NCBI GenBank assembly: GCA_030141605.1
Contig: JAQGDQ010000084.1
Span: 496,001-560,000, forward strand
Reading direction: 5' to 3'
Length of the DNA stretch: 64,000 bases
Source of the DNA: Tubiluchus corallicola
Taxonomy: Eukaryota; Animalia; Priapulida
Below are positions 39,503 through 52,448 of this stretch, in pieces. A model generated the notes under the pieces. It searched no databases. It was not told where the DNA came from and saw only the letters and a list, made by a program, of their open reading frames with translations. Every line of letters begins with the position of its first letter. The stretch's first letter is position 1. A program made the translations under genes and the position numbers.

Positions 39503-39544
39503 GTTAAACGTTTCGATAGAGCTACTGCTGTCATCATCAGTGGT
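39503..39544 (-). ncRNA. minimal type I hammerhead ribozyme motif (Penelope pLTR)
   Basis: minus strand CCA-CTGATGA-TGACAGCAGTAGCTCTATC-GAAA-CGTT: intact CUGAUGA/GAAA core, imperfect stem II. Confidence 0.6.
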
Positions 39545-40335
39545 TAATTTTTGCAAATGTACAACCGGTTTATATAGGTAGAGCCAACAGTATAGAACGT
39601 TATGCGCTAATTATGTATTTAACAGAAGCCATATAGGCAATGAATAAACAGACTAGTAGAAAAGAAATTGATACAGTAAATTATGCACTAATTATGAATT
39701 TAACAGAAGCCAAATAAGTAATGATTAAGCAGACCAGTAGAAAAGAAATTGATACAGTAACTTATGCACTAATTATGAATTTAACAGAAGCCAAATAGGC
39801 AATGATGTTAAAATGATTTTAGTAAATACGTTTTGGATGTGAATGGTAATGAATACAAATGTAAAGGCAATAGTAAAATATAGAACAGTTTTCTTGGATG
39901 TTAAGAATTGAAATGAATGAGCTGTTCTGAATTACAGGAGTGAGATACAATACGTTTGATCAATAATGTACAATAATGTACTAGCTGAAAATTACTTGTA
40001 GCGTGTAAGAACATTAATTTTTAGCATTAATTTTTTCTAGCAGAAATTTGCTTTTCTTTCTGTTTCCATTTTGATGTATCGCATTAATTGCAAAAACTTG
40101 TTCTACAAAGATTCTCAGTCTGGTAGTCGGCTTACTCATTTATTTTGTATGGCTGTTATTGGTGTACGTTTTGTTTACGGAATTTTGATTATTGTATGTT
40201 TATCTGGATATTGCAGTTACTGAAAAAAGTATGTTTAGTTTCCTTTAATTACAAGCAAAATATTAGGTACTTATTTGGAACAAATGCTAAAACAATTCTC
40301 CTGTCTTATGTAGTTTGCAGTGTTTGAGGTTCTAT

Positions 40336-40622
40336 TTAAAGCAAAACCGAACCCATTCTTAAACTCTAAGCCAAAACAATCGACTCTTTAAAATATTGAA
40401 AGGAAATATACTATTTTTTTCAAAAATTACTTACGTGAAAAAATTATTACCACACAAACATAATTCCGCGTTGGCGCCACTAGTTCTTCGCTGTTGCATG
40501 CATTTTGCCATTCGCTACTAAGACGGGCACTAGCACCTGCATTTTGAAAACGCGTTGCACTAAAAACAGGTGCTGTACTTCTCAGTACAGTTGTGTTAAT
40601 TTGTGACGTACTACACATATTA
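40336..40622 (+). mobile_element. MITE family A, 5' half, truncated by a 1-kb unique segment
   Basis: similarity stops abruptly at about 40622. Confidence 0.85.
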
Positions 40623-41652
40623 GCACTAACAACACAAAGGAATGGTACCATATTGTCATTAATAAATTAATTAAATAAAATAACCATAATTTTAATACAG
40701 ACAAAAATAAATAATCGTAAAATGTGAAAAGAACTTTTGAAAATTGTGGTTGTTTTATTTTTTCGAATTTATTTCTTTCAGTAACATTTGCATGATTCAT
40801 TAACCATTTCGTAATACAGAAGTGATCCTGATCTCTCCTGTAAACTGAGTGAACTTTATTAAGATTGAAGAATTTACTGGTATGCCCCTTGAACTGTGTC
40901 CAGGTTTCCGGTTTCCCCAAAATTTCTTGCAGTGCAGACAAAATGTTTTCATCCGAGAGTTAAGCCTGTTGTTATTGTAAGGCTGTGCCAATATTATTAC
41001 TCAAAATCGTTGCTAATACTCTAATACTCTCTAGGCGTTTGTCAAAAACAAATACTTTGGTGCTGTTTTTTATTTTCGTTGCCACTCATAAAGTAAAGTA
41101 GTTAGTCTCAGAAATAGCAAAGCTGGAGACCCACTAAAGCCACATCCAAGCTGTCGTCATGTGGCTTAGTCTGTCACTAATTTCCACAGGAATCCTTTTC
41201 CAGTTTTGAAAAATGTCATTTTGGAAACAGCACAAATCACTCGGGAACGACCTAGTTCCCGTTTGGCCTATTTATACGTACACAGACCAGTTAGTTTTGT
41301 CTTCGATACGGGTGTTCTTGTACGTTCTGTTTAAATGTTGTCTTTCTCTGGAATCTGCAGTGTCAATACTTTTCATGGTAGATGTTACATTAACCGACTT
41401 TGCCAAGGTTGAGACAGTGAGGCTATAATCGTTTATCCTTCATTTAAGGAGAAACATGTTAAAATTTTTGGTTTAATTGAAAGAGTCAAGGGACATTTAA
41501 ACCCTTCTCCATCGGTATTTCCTGCTGAGTGTGTGCTTCCTCTGATGGGTCAAGTTCTTGTTTCCTTGGCCAGGAGGTTGCTGAATAGATGTGTATTTGA
41601 AAAACCAACAATAAAGTAAAAAATATTCCTATTAGCGCGAGATCGTGGAAAC

Positions 41653-42236
41653 ATTATTACCACACAAACACAATTTTACGTTCGCGCCACTAGTTCTTCA
41701 CTGTTACATGCATTTCGCCATTCCTTAGTTATACGGGCACTAGCACCTGCATTTTGGAAACGCATTGAGCGAAAAACAGGTGCTGTACCTCTTAGTTCTG
41801 ATGTGTTAGCTTGTCACGATCTGCACATGTTCCACGGCTCATGCATGAGCACAGTGGTAGATCTGAAATTTGAATTTTTATCTTAAAACTTGCCTAGTTT
41901 TAGTACAACACACTGAATGTAGTAGCGCTGTACTTCAATTTTCACTTTCGCAAACACGTGCAACACGCTCGTGAAATATTTTTTGCTGTTGAAAATTGTG
42001 TTAGTTTGTGATGTCATCAAACACGTGCAACACGCTCGTGAAATATTTTTTGCTGTTGAAAATTGTGTTAGTTTGTGATGTCATCAACAGTTGGGCTCGC
42101 CCACCGTTAATTATGTTTTTAATCTATTATTTAATTATCAGAAATGCTTTAGCAGTATTAATTGTGTTAAAATGTATACTTTTTATCGGAGTTGAAAATG
42201 GGGTAGTATGTGAAACATCATCCTGTCTTCATTTAA
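41653..42236 (+). mobile_element. MITE family A, 5'-truncated, with an internal tandem duplication of about 67 bp
   Basis: family A body and 3' terminus. Confidence 0.85.
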
Positions 42237-42678
42237 ACAACAAACAACAAATGCACGATTTACACTTCAGCAAAAAGTTTGTTCTACTTTGTAATAAAAC
42301 GTGCAGAGCTTCAGAACTATCCCATTTCCTTTCGGTTTTAAAAAGCGAGTGTTTAACACACGCAAATCTATATTATAGTATCAATGTAATCCCAGGAGAG
42401 TTTAATATGCTGCTGCGTTATTAGCTGCTCTCATCTTTCAGCGGCTTCTCAGTTCGACGTAAAAATATCTGTATAAAAACACGGACTACAATAAATATTT
42501 GGGGTAACTTAGGAAAGGGTCATTGTACTTGCCACCGGTGTTTATTAGCAATATCCGGATCTGCTCAAAAATTCTATTTTTCTCTTTTGCCAGAAGAATT
42601 TGGCACAACCACCTGAGTTGAAGGCCTAGTCCTGATCTTGTGTGGTTTACATATGCGTCTGCTAGTCCTGTGCAACTT

Positions 42679-43950
42679 TTAAAGGAAGCTTGAAACAATC
42701 TACCGTATAAAATATTGGTGAAAGGGAACACGCTGTTTTTCAAGAATGACTTGCGTGAAAGAATTGTTACCACAGAATGGGTAATTTCGCGTTCACGCTG
42801 CTAGTTCTTCGCTATTAGATGCATTTCGCCATGGGCACTAGCGCCTACATCTCGCAGACGCGCTGCACAAAAATTAGCTGCTGCACCGCTCATTTTAGAT
42901 GTGTTCAGTTGTGACGTAGTGCACGCATTCGAGAGTTCATGCCTGAGCACAGCGATAAGCTTTGCCGAGTTTTTATACATCACACTGAATATTTTTCAGT
43001 AACACTGTACTTCAATTTTCGCTTTCGCAAACGCGTGCAACACGCTCGTGAATTTATGAATTATGAATTATGAATTTATTCCACAGCAACACAAACATAT
43101 ATACAAATTGTTATTACATTGAAAGAAAAAATTATAAACTAAACGAGTTACTGTGAGGAGGAGGAAGGAGCATTGAGCTTTCAAGTCCTCCTCCAGATAA
43201 GTGGAACAATTGACAATTAACATTGCATAGTATTTTCATCAGTTATAATTTGCAGTAGCACAAAATAAGTTTTATTAGTAACTTAAGATCAGGATGAGTA
43301 AAATTGTGAGTTAATTATACCGTTGTAGCAGGTAATTTTTTGATGCTTCTTTAAATTGATAAAGATTAAGAGTTTTCATTTCACACGGAATTGATGACCA
43401 TATTTTAATAGCATTATATTTTGATGACTGTTTCATTATATTTGTTTTTGGAAGGGGGAGTACATAGTTTTCGACTGAATATCTTGTGTAATGATCATGT
43501 TGATTTGAAATTGGACTAAAGTATGACCGAAAAGCTGGTGGAAGTAGTGAATTATGATACTGATACATGAAATGAAGACAATACATGTCATATATTTCTT
43601 TCACTTTAAGAGTTTTAACAGACAAATAAATTATATTTGTGGGATGGTCATACCTTACATGATATATTAGTTTGAGAATTTTGTTCTGGGTAATTTGTAA
43701 AGCTTCCAGATTACTTTTATATACACCACCCCAAGACATGACGCCATATATTAGTGAAATGTTTGTGCTGCTGAAAATCGTGTTAGTTTGTGATGTCATC
43801 AACAGTTGGACTCGTCCGCCGTTATTTAAGTTTTTAACCTATTATTTAATTATCAGAAATGCTTTTGCAGTATTAATTGTGTTAAAATGCATGCTTTTAT
43901 CGGACTTGAAAATGGGGTAGTATATGAAAAATCATCCTGTCTTCCTTTAA
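42679..43950 (+). mobile_element. divergent MITE family A copy interrupted by a LINE fragment
   Basis: family A sequence on both sides of 43053-43753. Confidence 0.82.
43053..43753 (-). mobile_element. 5'-truncated CR1/L2-group LINE (RT C-terminus + 3' UTR + (ATAATTC)n tail)
   Basis: YGVMSWGG...LQITQNKILKLI...HDHYTR...IKIWSSIP motifs; AATAAA then short tandem tail; GTGAA repeated at both junctions. Confidence 0.88.
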
Positions 43951-45576
43951 GCGCGTCAAAATTATGGAATGTTTGTGCTGTTAAAAATTATGTTCAGTTC
44001 TGCTCGTCGTGCTCGCCCGCCCTGAATTAAGTTGTTGACTATTATTTAATTACCGGAAACGCTTTGGCATTATTATAAGTGTGAAATTGTACATACTTTA
44101 AAATTGGGTAGGTGTTTTCCTTTAAACATTTATCAAGGTGTCTATGGCGCAGTTTATACAAAAAACTGATCTATGTTAATTATGGTTGCTGTTTATAGTC
44201 GTTTAAGCTCGTATTTGTAAATTCGAACTTTGAAGCTGGGCCAAGTGCGCAGCGTAGTGAAGTAGCCAAAACCATTTATTAGTGTCGCCAGAATGAAGCC
44301 GAGTTATTTCAAGGTCACTCGTGGTTGGCAGTAGCAGAATTAAGCATAGCTATCTACGTAAAATAAAATTAGTGGGCGTTTACTTTTTTACGATTTACTA
44401 ATTTAGTAGCAAATGTATTCTAAAATGAATTAGATGTTAAATTTCTGTTTTTGTTTCTCAAATTTACCATGTGAGCAGCACCATCACAAGATTTTCTTCC
44501 CGATCCTGTCCAGAGGCATACCAGTAATCTCAATGAAAATTACATATCAATGTTTTCTGTGTCAAAATTTGTGTTGATTTAATGCTTTCTGTGTAAATTT
44601 TCGTTGTAAACTTGTAATCTCATGGTAAATATAGCAATAAATTTACTTAAATTAAAATTTTTTATGGAATTTAGTATCAAAACTAAGTTACTTATTAAAT
44701 AACCCTTTTATTTTTAGATAGTGTTGCTGCTAACTTTGAGATTATCTCTAGTTTTTGAGGTTATTTGTTGTGACTATTTGCGGACTTAAAAATATCGCGT
44801 TGGTGATTTTATATTTTAACATGTTAATTCAACTGCATTTTTATGTTAGTAAACCGGAAACTGATTTCGTTAATAACCTTGATTTTAGCACTCACTTTGA
44901 TGATCCTTGCTTAAAAAAGGCAATTATGTAGATATTGTAGATACATATGTAGATGTAATATTGTAGAATTCACTCTGTCTTGTATCTATGTAAAATCGTG
45001 TAATGTTTGTACCAAAATTGTTGCCTGCAAAAGAGGCTAATAAAGAATGCTCCGATTATTTTTCCAAACTTTAGGCAATGTTTAATATCTAAATTTGTTT
45101 CAAATGACTTACATACCTTTAAAATGTCAATCGCTGTAGTTTAGATTTACACGTTTTGTACAGCGTTATTGCTAACACAAGCTCTGTGTGCAATAAAACA
45201 GCATGGAAGTGATTCAAAATTTCAAGATTTCTTTAAGCTTTATTCACGAAGATTGGGTGTTTTCTTGTCATCTAAAGCTAAATTCGTCTGTCTTATCTGT
45301 GAAGTTAACTAAGCGTTATTACATTTTCGTGACAGAAGGTGCAGAAAGTTTTTTTATTTGATTTGAAAGTTATTAGTTATGAGCCACTGTGGAGTGTTAA
45401 GCCTAATGGATGTTAATTCTAGTCTGTTGTTAATGTTCTCATTTCTAAACAACGTGTCGCTATACTTGCTTTGTCTTCAGTGAAATCTGCGTCTACTAAT
45501 TGTAAACAAAACACGGATTGCATGCTAGAATTCTGTTAACAAATATCCGATTCTTGCTGTTTTTTTACAGTATTTC

Positions 45577-46215
45577 TTAAAGGAAAGGTCAAGCCTTCTG
45601 GGAAGTTTGGCTTATTTCAATGTTCGGGCAAAATGTCAGCAGGATCTACTAAAAGTGTGATGAGCGCCTCGTGTAATTAATAAAATCATTAATCGAGCAT
45701 TTCACGACTAGGCGTCCCATTTTGAGCACCCACCCTTCCATCAATGACGTCATTTATCGACAGAAGAAAAGCAGCACACTGTCTATTTGAGGCGTCCCAT
45801 TTTGAGCGCCTATTCTTCCACCAATGACGTCATTCGTCGACTAAAGAAAAGCGCTACACTGACACTATTCTGCCAAAAGCATAATAAGTTTGTGCAATAA
45901 TTATATAGCTAATTTTGTGATGTTTTTGCTCGAACTTTAGGTATAAGCTGCGAAAGTTCGAATTACGTAGTTTAAGCAACGTTCGCTTATGGAAAGCCAC
46001 GATGTGCTTGCGAAAAGTCACGAAGTCCGCCAGTTACGTTTTTACTTTCAAGCGAATGGCGGCAGTCACCGCGTCTAAGAATTTCTCTTCACTATTAAAA
46101 TTTGCTTTATGCTTTATATACAGTTTTTTTGTAAATTTCTTAATTATATTTTTTCAGTTTAAACGATAACAGTAAAATAAACCCAACATGGCAAGAGAGT
46201 TGTATTTTCCTTTAG
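45577..46215 (+). mobile_element. Kolobok-type MITE family C with internal duplication
   Basis: TTAA|AGGAAAGGTCAAGCC...TTTTCCT|TTAG. Confidence 0.82.
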
Positions 46216-46646
46216 TGTGTTGCTTAATTTTGAATTTTTTTATCACGTGACTGATTACGATCATCCAAACGACCAATCCCTCATTAGCCTGTAAATTTTA
46301 AAAACAAGCGCTTAGTCAGGTCGACATATCACGGAATGTTATCGGGCTAGACTGCGGTAGTTCTATAATTTTGTTATTATACCTTGATTTGTTAAGAGAA
46401 CAATTATTGAAATATCTAGGTTACTAGTTGTTAGCTTAAAAGCGAATAACATTTCTGCATTTTTGTTATCGATCTGACAAAGTCTTTATAGTGTTTTCAT
46501 GTTTTCGTGTTATTTTGTGATTATGTGAATTCGGTCGATACGACATCGTAACTGTACGTTGTATAAAGTAAACCAGGGAGGCGGCATGCAGTGAATTTTC
46601 TGCATTATTGAAGATACTTTTGAATGAGGGTGTAATTTGCTGCACA

Positions 46647-46926
46647 TTAAAGGAAGACAAGATGATCTTTCATTTTCAAGTCCGATAAAAAGTATACATT
46701 TTAACACAATTAATACTGCAAAGCGTTTCTGATAATTAAATAATAGATTAAAAATTTAATTAACGGCGAGCAAGCCGAACTATTGACGACATCACAAACG
46801 AACATAATTTTCAACAGCAAAAATATTCACCGAGCGTGTTGTACGTGTTTGTGAAAATTGTAGTACAGTGTTAGTGTAAAATATTCAGTGTGCTGTACGA
46901 AAACGACAATTTTTAAGATAAAAATT
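46647..46926 (-). mobile_element. MITE family A, 3' half
   Basis: reverse-complement similarity, TTAA|AGGAAGAC terminus. Confidence 0.85.
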
Positions 46927-47090
46927 CAGCGACAGCAGCAGCAGCAGTGACAGTAACAGGAGCAGCAACAACAGCCGCACCAACAATAGGAGCAGCATCT
47001 ATAGCAATAACAGCAGCATCAGCAGCAACAACAGTAGTAATAGCAGCAACAGTAGCAGCAGCGACTGCAGCAAAAGCAATGAACACTGCA
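46927..47090 (+). repeat. degenerate (GCA/ACA)n
   Basis: direct inspection. Confidence 0.85.
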
Positions 47091-47514
47091 GTGCACGGCA
47101 CTAGAAAGAGCAAGGTTAGCTAGTGTATGCTTTGTTTTTGCGCTGAAATAAACTTGAAAGGCTAGCCAGTGTATTCGTTGCCAGTGGCTATTACCCAATG
47201 GACACGGGCTAGTTTTTTAGAGTGGATCTCCTAATATTAGATGTGACTGCACCTCTTTGTATGACCGAACGAACCCATAGTTAATGAAATTTTTCAAACC
47301 ATTCAGCCGAAACTCACTTTTCTGTCTTTCAAGTAAGCGTGGTTTCAAAAATTTTATTAGTTTGGAAACTTTGGATTCGTTCCATCATTAATAATGAATT
47401 CAGACTAGGATTATAAATAAATAACTCTTTTGTAGCCTGAAATAAGAAATCTGAGGCTTAATTAAACCCAAGTGGAATAATGATGGAAACGGTTCATCAC
47501 TTTTGAATACGTTT

Positions 47515-47965
47515 GTATTTATAGTTAAAAACAACACAACTTTATTTAAACTTTTACATTAAAAAGTTAAAAGGTAAAATCATGCCAAACGTTTCGACAG
47601 ACTACTGCTGTCATCATCAATGGTAAATTTACAAACATACAACCAGTTTTATAGGCAGAGCCTATTATGTACTAATTAAGTAGTTAATAGAAGCCAAATA
47701 GGTAATAAATAAATATACCAGTAAAGAAATTGATACACTAACTTAAGCACTAATTGTGTATTTACAAAAGCCAGATAGGTAATGAATGATTAAGCAGACC
47801 AGTAGAAAAGAAATTGATACAGTAAGAAATAGCTAAGTGTTTGAAAGTAAAGTTAGAGGAATTGATTTGCTTTGTACATTAAGAGAAGGCTTATTAGGGT
47901 ACATAGATAAACTTTCTTTTATTGATAAGTCCCAGTTATTTGAGTTTGTGTAAGTATTTTCCTGT
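47515..47965 (-). mobile_element. Penelope-like element 3' end (GIY-YIG C-terminus + pLTR with hammerhead motif)
   Basis: frameshifted KIL..NNWDLSIK.ESL...KPSLNVQSKSIPL; TTGATGA-T-GACAG..CTGTC-GAAACGTT downstream. Confidence 0.8.
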
Positions 47966-48396
47966 ATGTATTTAGCTGTACTTAGTTAAACGTTGCCTTC
48001 GCACGTTAGTAACTGACAGTAATCCAAATATACCCTCGCCCTTTGCTTCATCCCAGCCCAGATCTATTTGATGGAATTTGGCGCAGAAGCGTGCCACAGT
48101 TGAAATGTTCTGTCACACTAACGTCTTTATCTGCACTTCCGGAAGCTGTCGGGGAACTTTCCCGTTCCGGAATGCGACTGGCCTGCTTAAAATTCTAATC
48201 CTTGTTTTGACAAATGCGTCTCAACGGCTTGTAGTTTTGGACGCTAGTGAAATTTTTCCTAATTCTTTTAGTATGTCCGAACGAGCCATTCATTCCTGTG
48301 ACGGATGTGTCTTGCCTAAGCTTTGAGTAACAGGAAATTAGGTTAGTTCGTCACCTTTCGGTTTCGAATTATATGGTGTTCTAACTGTGTGTTACC

Positions 48397-48811
48397 CAGG
48401 ATCCGATTATGGCTTTTTGGGGACCCTGGGCTAATGAATTTATGGTGCCCCACAGACGGACCCACACTCTGATTTGCTCCCGTGCTTCGAATACTTTTAC
48501 TTGTGGTATATTTTAGCATTTGCATAGTTGGGGCCCCATATTTCAAATAAAGGGCTTCAAAGAGGTGCCCTTATCTCAGATAAAAGGCCTAAAACAAGGG
48601 CCCTTTGTTTAAAACGAAAGGCCGCAAATAGGGATCCTTTCGAATGGGAAGCCACTTTAAAATTGGATTTTCAGACTATCTGGTCTCTTTTAAAGTTGGA
48701 ATTTTATTTTAATTATATCAATTATACAGCACCACAAAGTATGACCCCTCCCCAAGCTTGATGGGCCCTAGTCTGCTTGCCCATACGAGCCGATAGGGTA
48801 ATCCAGCGCTG
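48397..48811 (+). mobile_element. hAT-type MITE
   Basis: CAG...CTG termini with imperfect 8-bp TSD GTGTTACC/GTGGTACT. Confidence 0.72.
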
Positions 48812-48934
48812 GTGGTACTCATTATTAACGTTGGTCTTAGTCATTTTATAAAATTTGTCTGTAAGAACATGTTATACATGTGTGCATAATAACGTTCCAT
48901 GTTTCAAGTTTAAATAACAAAAAGCTGCTTAAGC

Positions 48935-49291
48935 TTAAAGGAAAGAACAAGTCACTTTGCACGTTGAGTTTGTTTAACTGTTATCACTTAAACTTAGACA
49001 AATATTTGAATTTTTTGGGTAATCACAATTACAAATCGCACCATACACACACTGATTATAAACATACAATTACACACATCTTCAGCGCTACAAAAAAACC
49101 TATACCACGTTATCAAGAACACAAATCAAGCTCAACAATTTAAACCAAAGATACAACATCAAACCTTGATGTAAAAACCCGATGGTAAAACATGAATATA
49201 CATAAACACAAATTTAGTTGCATACACATAATTATAGTACTTAGTTTACATAAGCGATGTTAGTTGTATATATATATATATATATATGTAT

Positions 49292-49337
<46 letters not shown>

Positions 49338-49720
49338 CATTTTTTAATCTATAATAATTGAAATAGACAGTTTGCCAAAAACTGTCTGTGAACTATGAAC
49401 TTAATTTACACTACCATGGTGTAGAAATTTTCAGCCCTATTTACTTGAAAATTATGACGTAACTGGGAGACTTCGTAACTTTTCGTAAGCGCATTATGAC
49501 TTTCCGTAAGTTTTTCGGACTTATTCAGACGTGCAGCTTACCTAACCTTCTTGCAAAAATATCGCAATGTTCAGTCCATGAATGACGTCATTGGTGGAAG
49601 AATGGGCGCTCTAACTGGGAGCGTTTAAGCGTGAAATGATTGCGATTCTAAAGTGATTTTACTAATTACACCAGGCGCTTATCACACTTTTATTACTGAA
49701 TCCTTCTAACAGTTTTCGCG
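48935..49720 (-). mobile_element. MITE family C, interrupted/partial
   Basis: similarity to 16961-17501 on both sides of an insertion containing (TA)n. Confidence 0.7.
49267..49334 (+). repeat. (TA)n microsatellite
   Basis: direct inspection. Confidence 0.95.
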
Positions 49721-50118
49721 GTCGAAGAAATTTCGCAGGTCACATGCACATGAATCAACGTCTGGCACACGCAGCGTCTGGAAATTCCTCTTCTGTCTTA
49801 GCTCAGAATTATTGATTTTTTGTCTCACTTTTTGCTTGATAAAAGTTGACCCAGCAAAATTCGACTGCTTGCTTATTTAAACACTTATCTGTTTTTACTA
49901 TAAGGAGTTAATCAGTAAAAGGTGGCTTCAGAATGACTCAGCTATCGTACATTTCACTTTCCTGTTAGCAGTTTTTATATTTGTTTTTACTTTCTTTGCA
50001 AGGGATTCCCGTCTGTTTAAAAGCGTGTTTAATTATCGCTTAAAACTTTTTTCTGCTCAATGGCGTATCTATAATTGGGGTTTTGTGTCGTAAAGTCTCA
50101 ATTTCGCCTTGTCGGAAA

Positions 50119-50647
50119 ATAAAGGAAAACCGGATGATTGTGTTCAGAATAAAGAATGCTCTAAAATATTGAAAACTACAATAGGTTATTTTAAATCAAG
50201 GCTTAGCTTAAATAATAATTACCTTGGATACTCAAATTTCGTTAAACTTTCAAAGCTACGCGCGGCTCAGTGATTGGCAGCGGCGGCTTTTTGTCACGTG
50301 GCAGACAAATAGAAGGCGGTACCGTGATAACCATGATCATGAACTGCAGTGTTAGTTTCATGACGTCATATGATGTAAAGCCCATTTTTCGTGGCAGTAC
50401 GTTTAAGCAGTACTGTAACACCCATGCAAATGTACTTGACGCACAAAGGAAGACGCCTACCATTACACAAACTGTAGTTAGTTTCTGACGTAAGCAATAG
50501 CTGTCTTCGTTTGCCGTTAATTAACTTTCTAAGCTAATTATTCAAATATAAGGAACAATTGTTAACTTTTATAGGCAAGAGACTGTATATTTTGCACAGT
50601 AAATTAAAGTGAGATTGAATCTAAACAAGTGTCTCGTCTTCCTTTAA
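50119..50647 (+). mobile_element. Kolobok-type MITE family B
   Basis: reverse complement of 37719-38269; same termini as family A. Confidence 0.87.
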
Positions 50648-50834
50648 CATACATGTTATACGTGAAATTTTAACTCGAAATGTTTTACTATTATGCTGTT
50701 TTACTGGTTCAACCCCGAGTTTGCACGTTAGTGTTACAAAGCTAAGGCACTCTGTAATGTTTCTGGCTTCCCTATTGTACTGGCTTCGTGTTTTTCTTCA
50801 CTCTGGTGTTAATGTGTTCTTGTTGTATTTACAG

Positions 50835-50877
50835 TGAACAAGATTGGCAGGAGGAATGCGACGAGAGACTTAGAAAT
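50835..50877 (+). CDS. LMO7: LMO7-family exon D: (S)EQDWQEECDERLRN
   Basis: tttacag acceptor, gtaagt donor, 43 nt (phase 2 to 0); aligns to LMO7 QEETDRRVKN. Confidence 0.85.
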
Positions 50878-50887
50878 GTAAGTAATG

Positions 50888-51010
50888 TCTTTCTACAGGG
50901 TGTACCTCATTTTCTACAGGGTGTAACTCGTTTTCTGCAGAGTGTCCCTCATTTTCTGCATGGTGTCCCTCATTTTCTACAGGGTGTCCCTCCTTTTCTA
51001 CGTGATGTCC
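50888..51010 (+). repeat. 21-bp minisatellite (TTTTCTRCAGGGTGTCCCTCA), about 6 units, just after the exon D donor
   Basis: direct inspection. Confidence 0.9.
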
Positions 51011-51019
51011 TATAATAAT

Positions 51020-51544
51020 TTTCGGTAATTAAATAATAGCTTACAAATTTAATTAAAGAACGGCGAGCCCAACCGTTGATGACATCACAGCTGAACATAA
51101 TTTCGGTGTTGAAACATTACATGGTTTCAACAGCACAAACTTCGGGTGAGCGTGTTTACGAAAGCAAAAATTGAAGTACTGCGCAAGTGTAAGATATTCA
51201 GTGTGTTGTACTAAAACTAGGTAAGTTTTAAGATGAAAATTCAAATTTCAAATTTACCACTGTGCTCACGCGTGAGCTGTCGAACATACACATACAAACT
51301 AACACATCTGAACTGAGTGGTACAGTACCTGTGTTTCCGAGATTCAGCTCTGGTGCCCGTCTGACTGGCGAATGGTGAAATGCATGTAAGAGTGAAGAAC
51401 TAGTGGCACGAACACGAAATTACCATTCTGTAGTAATAATTCTTTCAAATACGTTATTCTTGAAAAAAAGGTGTTTCCTTTCAATATTTTACATATTAGA
51501 TTGTTTTGAGCTTTAGCCTAAGATTGGGTCCGGTTTTCGTTTAA
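51020..51544 (-). mobile_element. MITE family A, 3'-truncated
   Basis: reverse-complement similarity. Confidence 0.83.
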
Positions 51545-51784
51545 CTGAGATTAGACTGATACTGCGCGTTTATTGATCTGTAAAAACAGAGTGAATTGTT
51601 GTGCGTAAATACCTGTACGGATTAAACAGGTATGGTGCAATTAAAATCAGTCGACGGTATACAGGTGTAAATAAAAGTTCGTTGGCGTTTTTACCTTGCC
51701 GGGAGTGGATTTCTTCCTTGTAATTTTCTTATCAGAACTGACAAAGTCGCGACACCGTCCGGTCTGTGATGTTGGCCTTTTTAC

Positions 51785-52105
51785 GTGTCCGTACATTTGC
51801 TTAGTGTAAGTGGTTATGCTCTCTCTGTTTTACAGAGAAAATGTTGTCCAACTTTGCCCTTTTTAGGTGTCCGTACATTAGCTCAGTGTAAGTCGTTATG
51901 CTCTCTCTGTTTTACAGAGAAAATGTTGTCCAACTTTGCCCTTTTTAGGTGTCCGTACATTAGCTCAGTGTAAGTCGTTATGCTCTCTCTGTTTTACAGA
52001 GAAAATGTTGTCCAACTTTGCCCTTTTTAGGTGTCCGTACATTAGCTCAGTGTAAGTCGTTATGCTCTCTATGTTTACAGAGAAAATGTTGTCCAACTGT
52101 GCCCT
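51785..52105 (+). repeat. 82-bp tandem repeat, about 4 units, each containing GTAAGT...TTTACAG
   Basis: unit starts 51785, 51867, 51949, 52031. Confidence 0.92.
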
Positions 52106-52448
52106 ATCTCATTATATAGTAATCTGTCTAAAAGCGGAAATTAAAATTTGGCATTTACTAATTTAATTTTGATTACCTTTTTTCCGGCGATAAATTGACA
52201 GTCATTAAACTTTATTTTTTGTTTCTGCTATAGATTCGTGGAATGTACTTCCTCTTTGAATTCGTAATAGCCTGTTCTTATCGCCATTTAAATTACGTCA
52301 AAGAAAACACTTGGGTTTCAGCAAACGCCCCAAGTATTATTCTTATAGTGATCGTAGATTAGCTGTCTCCGTGTCACAAGCACACATTTGTATGAAGAAA
52401 TTAATTCAGCGCATTACTCTTTGTGTTGTAATAATTTACCCACATGTT

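Larger units (their letters stand above)
38820..40300 (-). mobile_element. degenerate Penelope-like element with two pLTR copies (38820-39020, 39440-39810)
   Basis: homologous to 47515-47830; LNIQENCSI remnant of the GIY-YIG end. Confidence 0.68.
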
